34,953 nucleotides of DNA from NCBI GenBank assembly GCA_043228905.1, contig JBHGNT010000324.1, forward strand, positions 1 to 34,953, read 5' to 3'. The translations under genes and the position numbers were made by a program. Under the pieces are notes generated by a model that saw nothing but the letters and a program-made list of their open reading frames with translations, was not told the origin of the DNA and searched no databases. This document shows positions 1 to 9,382 of the stretch, in pieces. How positions within the stretch are numbered: position 1 is the stretch's first letter; the number at the start of each line of letters is the position of its first letter. Source of the stretch: Azolla caroliniana (Eukaryota > Plantae > Polypodiophyta).

Positions 1-553
1 ATACTTCTTGATCGTCGTATTTTTCGTAGGATCTCTTGTCTCTTACCTTACCATTATATTACTCGCCACATTACGGAGATGAGCTTAAATGGGTTTATCG
101 GATAAAGGTATGCGGTGTGACGTATGCAATCCATAGAAAAGCATTCATGACCGTACAAATGACCTTCGAGAAGAGTTTTCGTCTCGAACTGTCAATCTCT
201 GATGCGCAACGTTACCGTTCTCGTCTCATGATACCAACCGCTAGATTTCTTCCACTCGTACGTAAACTTGCATTGTTGAATCTCGAATACGCTACCTTCT
301 ATTAATTCTACCCTAACCAAATGAAGAGTATCGCGCATGCGACGTCTTAGTGGCGGCCTTCGTGTAGGTTGTTTCTAAATTTTAAACGACGTCATCCTTG
401 TGGACGACTACATTCAAATGCACACCATACAACAACTAGGCGTCATCACATTCTCGCGTCTACTCGCTTGTATTCAAACTAGGCCGGACAGGAGCACGGC
501 GAGCCTAAGCAAGAAAGGCATTGTTCATATGTTCCCTCGAGCGAGTGCGCATT

Positions 554-558
554 AAAAA
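554..558 (-). terminator. Candidate Pol III terminator (T5 on minus strand), repeated in every unit at +1181n
   Basis: AAAAA on + at 554-558. It is the first run of >=4 T downstream of both tRNA genes in the consensus unit, ~155 nt past the tRNA-Arg(ACG) 3' end. Confidence 0.45.
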
Positions 559-713
559 TATGTGAACGGCATCGTCGTGATCGATGATTACGTTCAAATG
601 AGCGACTTTTATCCCTTCCCCAATCCACGCATGTATTGATTGCGCAACGTTACCGAGCACTCTCGTTGTCATCGTTGTATTCCGATTCTCGAGAAGCGGA
701 GCCTAATCCTAAT

Positions 714-786
714 CGATCCTACTAGGGATCGAACCTAGAATCTCTGGTTTCGTAGACCAGCGCCTTATCCATTGGGCCATAGGATC
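714..786 (-). tRNA. trnR-ACG: tRNA-Arg(ACG), unit 1
   Basis: Reverse complement GATCCTA TG GCCC AATGGATAA GGC G CTGGT CTACGAA ACCAG AGATT CTAGG TTCGATC CCTAG TAGGATC G. It has a 7-bp acceptor stem, D-loop GG plus A20 (Arg identity), 5-bp anticodon stem with ACG, TTCGA T-loop, G73, and no CCA or intron. Confidence 0.97.
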
Positions 787-1042
787 TTCGGTTTTCCGTT
801 GGTAATTGTACTCCCATTGAGGATCGCGATTGACGCGCGGCACACTTTTGACGAGGAATTTGTGCCGGATAAACCATTCCATTTCTTTTACCTATTAAAC
901 ATCATCATCCTCGTAAATGAATGCAACCATTAAGCCAAAGCAGTGGATACAAGATCACATTTTCTGGACGGTTGAGACGAATGCGCATTATGATTCCGTG
1001 AATGATTCTCGATCGTCGTGCACTAGGGTCACGATTCTAAAC

Positions 1043-1115
1043 CGACCCTACTAGGGGTCGAACCTAGAATCTTTGGTTTCGAAGACCAACGCCTTATCCA
1101 TTAGGCCATAGGATC
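1043..1115 (-). tRNA. trnR-TCG: tRNA-Arg(TCG), unit 1
   Basis: Reverse complement GATCCTA TG GCCT AATGGATA AGGC G TTGGT CTTCGAA ACCAA AGATT CTAGG TTCGACC CCTAG TAGGGTC G. It forms a full cloverleaf with a U3-G70 wobble, anticodon TCG, A20, G73, and no CCA or intron. Confidence 0.97.
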
Positions 1116-1138
1116 TTCGACCTTTCATCGAAAAGCGA

Positions 1139-1184
1139 AGGGAACGAAGATCTCGCATGTGAAGACCACTTATTTCTCGTCATA
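1139..1184 (-). pseudogene. Possible decayed tRNA-Arg relic (in every unit)
   Basis: Collinear blocks agggaacgaa / atctc / gaagacca / cttat / cata match the intact genes' agggatcgaa / atctc / gaagacca / cttat / cata, with deletions. No cloverleaf can be formed. Confidence 0.3.
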
Positions 1185-1894
1185 CTTCTTGATCGTCGTA
1201 TTTTTCGTAGGATCTCTTGTCTCTTACCTTACCATTATATTACTCGCCACATTACGGAGATGAGCTTAAATGGGTTTATCGGATAAAGGTATGCGGTGTG
1301 ACGTATGCAATCCATAGAAAAGCATTCATGACCGTACAAATGACCTTCGAGAAGAGTTTTCGTCTCGAACTGTCAATCTCTGATGCGCAACGTTACCGTT
1401 CTCGTCTCATGATACCAACCGCTAGATTTCTTCCACTCGTACGTAAACTTGCATTGTTGAATCTCGAATACGCTACCTTCTATTAATTCTACCCTAACCA
1501 AATGAAGAGTATCGCGCATGCGACGTCTTAGTGGCGGCCTTCGTGTAGGTTGTTTCTAAATTTTAAACGACGTCATCCTTGTGGACGACTACATTCAAAT
1601 GCACACCATACAACAACTAGGCGTCATCACATTCTCGCGTCTACTCGCTTGTATTCAAACTAGGCCGGACAGGAGCACGGCGAGCCTAAGCAAGAAAGGC
1701 ATTGTTCATATGTTCCCTCGAGCGAGTGCGCATTAAAAATATGTGAACGGCATCGTCGTGATCGATGATTACGTTCAAATGAGCGACTTTTATCCCTTCC
1801 CCAATCCACGCATGTATTGATTGCGCAACGTTACCGAGCACTCTCGTTGTCATCGTTGTATTCCGATTCTCGAGAAGCGGAGCCTAATCCTAAT

Positions 1895-1967
1895 CGATCC
1901 TACTAGGGATCGAACCTAGAATCTCTGGTTTCGTAGACCAGCGCCTTATCCATTGGGCCATAGGATC
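1895..1967 (-). tRNA. trnR-ACG: tRNA-Arg(ACG), unit 2
   Basis: Copy of 714-786 at +1181n. Confidence 0.96.
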
Positions 1968-2223
1968 TTCGGTTTTCCGTTGGTAATTGTACTCCCATTG
2001 AGGATCGCGATTGACGCGCGGCACACTTTTGACGAGGAATTTGTGCCGGATAAACCATTCCATTTCTTTTACCTATTAAACATCATCATCCTCGTAAATG
2101 AATGCAACCATTAAGCCAAAGCAGTGGATACAAGATCACATTTTCTGGACGGTTGAGACGAATGCGCATTATGATTCCGTGAATGATTCTCGATCGTCGT
2201 GCACTAGGGTCACGATTCTAAAC

Positions 2224-2296
2224 CGACCCTACTAGGGGTCGAACCTAGAATCTTTGGTTTCGAAGACCAACGCCTTATCCATTAGGCCATAGGATC
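2224..2296 (-). tRNA. trnR-TCG: tRNA-Arg(TCG), unit 2
   Basis: Copy of 1043-1115 at +1181n. Confidence 0.96.
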
Positions 2297-3075
2297 TTCG
2301 ACCTTTCATCGAAAAGCGAAGGGAACGAAGATCTCGCATGTGAAGACCACTTATTTCTCGTCATACTTCTTGATCGTCGTATTTTTCGTAGGATCTCTTG
2401 TCTCTTACCTTACCATTATATTACTCGCCACATTACGGAGATGAGCTTAAATGGGTTTATCGGATAAAGGTATGCGGTGTGACGTATGCAATCCATAGAA
2501 AAGCATTCATGACCGTACAAATGACCTTCGAGAAGAGTTTTCGTCTCGAACTGTCAATCTCTGATGCGCAACGTTACCGTTCTCGTCTCATGATACCAAC
2601 CGCTAGATTTCTTCCACTCGTACGTAAACTTGCATTGTTGAATCTCGAATACGCTACCTTCTATTAATTCTACCCTAACCAAATGAAGAGTATCGCGCAT
2701 GCGACGTCTTAGTGGCGGCCTTCGTGTAGGTTGTTTCTAAATTTTAAACGACGTCATCCTTGTGGACGACTACATTCAAATGCACACCATACAACAACTA
2801 GGCGTCATCACATTCTCGCGTCTACTCGCTTGTATTCAAACTAGGCCGGACAGGAGCACGGCGAGCCTAAGCAAGAAAGGCATTGTTCATATGTTCCCTC
2901 GAGCGAGTGCGCATTAAAAATATGTGAACGGCATCGTCGTGATCGATGATTACGTTCAAATGAGCGACTTTTATCCCTTCCCCAATCCACGCATGTATTG
3001 ATTGCGCAACGTTACCGAGCACTCTCGTTGTCATCGTTGTATTCCGATTCTCGAGAAGCGGAGCCTAATCCTAAT

Positions 3076-3148
3076 CGATCCTACTAGGGATCGAACCTAG
3101 AATCTCTGGTTTCGTAGACCAGCGCCTTATCCATTGGGCCATAGGATC
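3076..3148 (-). tRNA. trnR-ACG: tRNA-Arg(ACG), unit 3
   Basis: Copy of 714-786 at +1181n. Confidence 0.96.
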
Positions 3149-3404
3149 TTCGGTTTTCCGTTGGTAATTGTACTCCCATTGAGGATCGCGATTGACGCGC
3201 GGCACACTTTTGACGAGGAATTTGTGCCGGATAAACCATTCCATTTCTTTTACCTATTAAACATCATCATCCTCGTAAATGAATGCAACCATTAAGCCAA
3301 AGCAGTGGATACAAGATCACATTTTCTGGACGGTTGAGACGAATGCGCATTATGATTCCGTGAATGATTCTCGATCGTCGTGCACTAGGGTCACGATTCT
3401 AAAC

Positions 3405-3477
3405 CGACCCTACTAGGGGTCGAACCTAGAATCTTTGGTTTCGAAGACCAACGCCTTATCCATTAGGCCATAGGATC
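3405..3477 (-). tRNA. trnR-TCG: tRNA-Arg(TCG), unit 3
   Basis: Copy of 1043-1115 at +1181n. Confidence 0.96.
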
Positions 3478-4256
3478 TTCGACCTTTCATCGAAAAGCGA
3501 AGGGAACGAAGATCTCGCATGTGAAGACCACTTATTTCTCGTCATACTTCTTGATCGTCGTATTTTTCGTAGGATCTCTTGTCTCTTACCTTACCATTAT
3601 ATTACTCGCCACATTACGGAGATGAGCTTAAATGGGTTTATCGGATAAAGGTATGCGGTGTGACGTATGCAATCCATAGAAAAGCATTCATGACCGTACA
3701 AATGACCTTCGAGAAGAGTTTTCGTCTCGAACTGTCAATCTCTGATGCGCAACGTTACCGTTCTCGTCTCATGATACCAACCGCTAGATTTCTTCCACTC
3801 GTACGTAAACTTGCATTGTTGAATCTCGAATACGCTACCTTCTATTAATTCTACCCTAACCAAATGAAGAGTATCGCGCATGCGACGTCTTAGTGGCGGC
3901 CTTCGTGTAGGTTGTTTCTAAATTTTAAACGACGTCATCCTTGTGGACGACTACATTCAAATGCACACCATACAACAACTAGGCGTCATCACATTCTCGC
4001 GTCTACTCGCTTGTATTCAAACTAGGCCGGACAGGAGCACGGCGAGCCTAAGCAAGAAAGGCATTGTTCATATGTTCCCTCGAGCGAGTGCGCATTAAAA
4101 ATATGTGAACGGCATCGTCGTGATCGATGATTACGTTCAAATGAGCGACTTTTATCCCTTCCCCAATCCACGCATGTATTGATTGCGCAACGTTACCGAG
4201 CACTCTCGTTGTCATCGTTGTATTCCGATTCTCGAGAAGCGGAGCCTAATCCTAAT

Positions 4257-4329
4257 CGATCCTACTAGGGATCGAACCTAGAATCTCTGGTTTCGTAGAC
4301 CAGCGCCTTATCCATTGGGCCATAGGATC
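4257..4329 (-). tRNA. trnR-ACG: tRNA-Arg(ACG), unit 4
   Basis: Copy of 714-786 at +1181n. Confidence 0.96.
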
Positions 4330-4585
4330 TTCGGTTTTCCGTTGGTAATTGTACTCCCATTGAGGATCGCGATTGACGCGCGGCACACTTTTGACGAGGA
4401 ATTTGTGCCGGATAAACCATTCCATTTCTTTTACCTATTAAACATCATCATCCTCGTAAATGAATGCAACCATTAAGCCAAAGCAGTGGATACAAGATCA
4501 CATTTTCTGGACGGTTGAGACGAATGCGCATTATGATTCCGTGAATGATTCTCGATCGTCGTGCACTAGGGTCACGATTCTAAAC

Positions 4586-4658
4586 CGACCCTACTAGGGG
4601 TCGAACCTAGAATCTTTGGTTTCGAAGACCAACGCCTTATCCATTAGGCCATAGGATC
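4586..4658 (-). tRNA. trnR-TCG: tRNA-Arg(TCG), unit 4
   Basis: Copy of 1043-1115 at +1181n. Confidence 0.96.
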
Positions 4659-5437
4659 TTCGACCTTTCATCGAAAAGCGAAGGGAACGAAGATCTCGCA
4701 TGTGAAGACCACTTATTTCTCGTCATACTTCTTGATCGTCGTATTTTTCGTAGGATCTCTTGTCTCTTACCTTACCATTATATTACTCGCCACATTACGG
4801 AGATGAGCTTAAATGGGTTTATCGGATAAAGGTATGCGGTGTGACGTATGCAATCCATAGAAAAGCATTCATGACCGTACAAATGACCTTCGAGAAGAGT
4901 TTTCGTCTCGAACTGTCAATCTCTGATGCGCAACGTTACCGTTCTCGTCTCATGATACCAACCGCTAGATTTCTTCCACTCGTACGTAAACTTGCATTGT
5001 TGAATCTCGAATACGCTACCTTCTATTAATTCTACCCTAACCAAATGAAGAGTATCGCGCATGCGACGTCTTAGTGGCGGCCTTCGTGTAGGTTGTTTCT
5101 AAATTTTAAACGACGTCATCCTTGTGGACGACTACATTCAAATGCACACCATACAACAACTAGGCGTCATCACATTCTCGCGTCTACTCGCTTGTATTCA
5201 AACTAGGCCGGACAGGAGCACGGCGAGCCTAAGCAAGAAAGGCATTGTTCATATGTTCCCTCGAGCGAGTGCGCATTAAAAATATGTGAACGGCATCGTC
5301 GTGATCGATGATTACGTTCAAATGAGCGACTTTTATCCCTTCCCCAATCCACGCATGTATTGATTGCGCAACGTTACCGAGCACTCTCGTTGTCATCGTT
5401 GTATTCCGATTCTCGAGAAGCGGAGCCTAATCCTAAT

Positions 5438-5510
5438 CGATCCTACTAGGGATCGAACCTAGAATCTCTGGTTTCGTAGACCAGCGCCTTATCCATTGGG
5501 CCATAGGATC
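5438..5510 (-). tRNA. trnR-ACG: tRNA-Arg(ACG), unit 5
   Basis: Copy of 714-786 at +1181n. Confidence 0.96.
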
Positions 5511-5766
5511 TTCGGTTTTCCGTTGGTAATTGTACTCCCATTGAGGATCGCGATTGACGCGCGGCACACTTTTGACGAGGAATTTGTGCCGGATAAACCA
5601 TTCCATTTCTTTTACCTATTAAACATCATCATCCTCGTAAATGAATGCAACCATTAAGCCAAAGCAGTGGATACAAGATCACATTTTCTGGACGGTTGAG
5701 ACGAATGCGCATTATGATTCCGTGAATGATTCTCGATCGTCGTGCACTAGGGTCACGATTCTAAAC

Positions 5767-5839
5767 CGACCCTACTAGGGGTCGAACCTAGAATCTTTGG
5801 TTTCGAAGACCAACGCCTTATCCATTAGGCCATAGGATC
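5767..5839 (-). tRNA. trnR-TCG: tRNA-Arg(TCG), unit 5
   Basis: Copy of 1043-1115 at +1181n. Confidence 0.96.
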
Positions 5840-6618
5840 TTCGACCTTTCATCGAAAAGCGAAGGGAACGAAGATCTCGCATGTGAAGACCACTTATTTC
5901 TCGTCATACTTCTTGATCGTCGTATTTTTCGTAGGATCTCTTGTCTCTTACCTTACCATTATATTACTCGCCACATTACGGAGATGAGCTTAAATGGGTT
6001 TATCGGATAAAGGTATGCGGTGTGACGTATGCAATCCATAGAAAAGCATTCATGACCGTACAAATGACCTTCGAGAAGAGTTTTCGTCTCGAACTGTCAA
6101 TCTCTGATGCGCAACGTTACCGTTCTCGTCTCATGATACCAACCGCTAGATTTCTTCCACTCGTACGTAAACTTGCATTGTTGAATCTCGAATACGCTAC
6201 CTTCTATTAATTCTACCCTAACCAAATGAAGAGTATCGCGCATGCGACGTCTTAGTGGCGGCCTTCGTGTAGGTTGTTTCTAAATTTTAAACGACGTCAT
6301 CCTTGTGGACGACTACATTCAAATGCACACCATACAACAACTAGGCGTCATCACATTCTCGCGTCTACTCGCTTGTATTCAAACTAGGCCGGACAGGAGC
6401 ACGGCGAGCCTAAGCAAGAAAGGCATTGTTCATATGTTCCCTCGAGCGAGTGCGCATTAAAAATATGTGAACGGCATCGTCGTGATCGATGATTACGTTC
6501 AAATGAGCGACTTTTATCCCTTCCCCAATCCACGCATGTATTGATTGCGCAACGTTACCGAGCACTCTCGTTGTCATCGTTGTATTCCGATTCTCGAGAA
6601 GCGGAGCCTAATCCTAAT

Positions 6619-6691
6619 CGATCCTACTAGGGATCGAACCTAGAATCTCTGGTTTCGTAGACCAGCGCCTTATCCATTGGGCCATAGGATC
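6619..6691 (-). tRNA. trnR-ACG: tRNA-Arg(ACG), unit 6
   Basis: Copy of 714-786 at +1181n. Confidence 0.96.
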
Positions 6692-6947
6692 TTCGGTTTT
6701 CCGTTGGTAATTGTACTCCCATTGAGGATCGCGATTGACGCGCGGCACACTTTTGACGAGGAATTTGTGCCGGATAAACCATTCCATTTCTTTTACCTAT
6801 TAAACATCATCATCCTCGTAAATGAATGCAACCATTAAGCCAAAGCAGTGGATACAAGATCACATTTTCTGGACGGTTGAGACGAATGCGCATTATGATT
6901 CCGTGAATGATTCTCGATCGTCGTGCACTAGGGTCACGATTCTAAAC

Positions 6948-7020
6948 CGACCCTACTAGGGGTCGAACCTAGAATCTTTGGTTTCGAAGACCAACGCCTT
7001 ATCCATTAGGCCATAGGATC
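6948..7020 (-). tRNA. trnR-TCG: tRNA-Arg(TCG), unit 6
   Basis: Copy of 1043-1115 at +1181n. Confidence 0.96.
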
Positions 7021-7799
7021 TTCGACCTTTCATCGAAAAGCGAAGGGAACGAAGATCTCGCATGTGAAGACCACTTATTTCTCGTCATACTTCTTGATCG
7101 TCGTATTTTTCGTAGGATCTCTTGTCTCTTACCTTACCATTATATTACTCGCCACATTACGGAGATGAGCTTAAATGGGTTTATCGGATAAAGGTATGCG
7201 GTGTGACGTATGCAATCCATAGAAAAGCATTCATGACCGTACAAATGACCTTCGAGAAGAGTTTTCGTCTCGAACTGTCAATCTCTGATGCGCAACGTTA
7301 CCGTTCTCGTCTCATGATACCAACCGCTAGATTTCTTCCACTCGTACGTAAACTTGCATTGTTGAATCTCGAATACGCTACCTTCTATTAATTCTACCCT
7401 AACCAAATGAAGAGTATCGCGCATGCGACGTCTTAGTGGCGGCCTTCGTGTAGGTTGTTTCTAAATTTTAAACGACGTCATCCTTGTGGACGACTACATT
7501 CAAATGCACACCATACAACAACTAGGCGTCATCACATTCTCGCGTCTACTCGCTTGTATTCAAACTAGGCCGGACAGGAGCACGGCGAGCCTAAGCAAGA
7601 AAGGCATTGTTCATATGTTCCCTCGAGCGAGTGCGCATTAAAAATATGTGAACGGCATCGTCGTGATCGATGATTACGTTCAAATGAGCGACTTTTATCC
7701 CTTCCCCAATCCACGCATGTATTGATTGCGCAACGTTACCGAGCACTCTCGTTGTCATCGTTGTATTCCGATTCTCGAGAAGCGGAGCCTAATCCTAAT

Positions 7800-7872
7800 C
7801 GATCCTACTAGGGATCGAACCTAGAATCTCTGGTTTCGTAGACCAGCGCCTTATCCATTGGGCCATAGGATC
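7800..7872 (-). tRNA. trnR-ACG: tRNA-Arg(ACG), unit 7
   Basis: Copy of 714-786 at +1181n. Confidence 0.96.
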
Positions 7873-8128
7873 TTCGGTTTTCCGTTGGTAATTGTACTCC
7901 CATTGAGGATCGCGATTGACGCGCGGCACACTTTTGACGAGGAATTTGTGCCGGATAAACCATTCCATTTCTTTTACCTATTAAACATCATCATCCTCGT
8001 AAATGAATGCAACCATTAAGCCAAAGCAGTGGATACAAGATCACATTTTCTGGACGGTTGAGACGAATGCGCATTATGATTCCGTGAATGATTCTCGATC
8101 GTCGTGCACTAGGGTCACGATTCTAAAC

Positions 8129-8201
8129 CGACCCTACTAGGGGTCGAACCTAGAATCTTTGGTTTCGAAGACCAACGCCTTATCCATTAGGCCATAGGAT
8201 C
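8129..8201 (-). tRNA. trnR-TCG: tRNA-Arg(TCG), unit 7
   Basis: Copy of 1043-1115 at +1181n. Confidence 0.96.
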
Positions 8202-8980
8202 TTCGACCTTTCATCGAAAAGCGAAGGGAACGAAGATCTCGCATGTGAAGACCACTTATTTCTCGTCATACTTCTTGATCGTCGTATTTTTCGTAGGATC
8301 TCTTGTCTCTTACCTTACCATTATATTACTCGCCACATTACGGAGATGAGCTTAAATGGGTTTATCGGATAAAGGTATGCGGTGTGACGTATGCAATCCA
8401 TAGAAAAGCATTCATGACCGTACAAATGACCTTCGAGAAGAGTTTTCGTCTCGAACTGTCAATCTCTGATGCGCAACGTTACCGTTCTCGTCTCATGATA
8501 CCAACCGCTAGATTTCTTCCACTCGTACGTAAACTTGCATTGTTGAATCTCGAATACGCTACCTTCTATTAATTCTACCCTAACCAAATGAAGAGTATCG
8601 CGCATGCGACGTCTTAGTGGCGGCCTTCGTGTAGGTTGTTTCTAAATTTTAAACGACGTCATCCTTGTGGACGACTACATTCAAATGCACACCATACAAC
8701 AACTAGGCGTCATCACATTCTCGCGTCTACTCGCTTGTATTCAAACTAGGCCGGACAGGAGCACGGCGAGCCTAAGCAAGAAAGGCATTGTTCATATGTT
8801 CCCTCGAGCGAGTGCGCATTAAAAATATGTGAACGGCATCGTCGTGATCGATGATTACGTTCAAATGAGCGACTTTTATCCCTTCCCCAATCCACGCATG
8901 TATTGATTGCGCAACGTTACCGAGCACTCTCGTTGTCATCGTTGTATTCCGATTCTCGAGAAGCGGAGCCTAATCCTAAT

Positions 8981-9053
8981 CGATCCTACTAGGGATCGAA
9001 CCTAGAATCTCTGGTTTCGTAGACCAGCGCCTTATCCATTGGGCCATAGGATC
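8981..9053 (-). tRNA. trnR-ACG: tRNA-Arg(ACG), unit 8
   Basis: Copy of 714-786 at +1181n. Confidence 0.96.
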
Positions 9054-9309
9054 TTCGGTTTTCCGTTGGTAATTGTACTCCCATTGAGGATCGCGATTGA
9101 CGCGCGGCACACTTTTGACGAGGAATTTGTGCCGGATAAACCATTCCATTTCTTTTACCTATTAAACATCATCATCCTCGTAAATGAATGCAACCATTAA
9201 GCCAAAGCAGTGGATACAAGATCACATTTTCTGGACGGTTGAGACGAATGCGCATTATGATTCCGTGAATGATTCTCGATCGTCGTGCACTAGGGTCACG
9301 ATTCTAAAC

Positions 9310-9382
9310 CGACCCTACTAGGGGTCGAACCTAGAATCTTTGGTTTCGAAGACCAACGCCTTATCCATTAGGCCATAGGATC
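9310..9382 (-). tRNA. trnR-TCG: tRNA-Arg(TCG), unit 8
   Basis: Copy of 1043-1115 at +1181n. Confidence 0.96.

Noticed and set aside
36-305. 89-aa ORF (MSLTLPLYY...) repeated 30 times
   Set aside because: It starts at TTG rather than ATG, has no recognisable domain, and lies in the spacer of a eukaryotic-type tRNA array. Identity between copies merely reflects array homogeneity, and one ORF of this length per 1.2 kb is expected by chance.
462-546. actcgct...agcgagt 7-bp inverted repeat enclosing a GTTTGAATAC B-box-like motif, as a possible extra tRNA
   Set aside because: No T-stem, D-arm or anticodon arm can be formed at the correct spacing.
702-713. cctaatcctaat, and accctaacc at 310-318, as telomere-like repeats
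   Set aside because: Only one or two imperfect copies, compatible with chance.
443-908. Box C-like RTGATGA motifs on the minus strand (443-449, 902-908) suggesting a tRNA-snoRNA dicistron
   Set aside because: I found no downstream box D (CTGA on the minus strand) or terminal stem at a suitable distance.
1043-1115. Wobble pair at 3:70 as an alanine identity element (mischarging)
   Set aside because: The pair is U3-G70, not the G3-U70 AlaRS determinant, and Arg determinants A20, C35 and G36 are intact.
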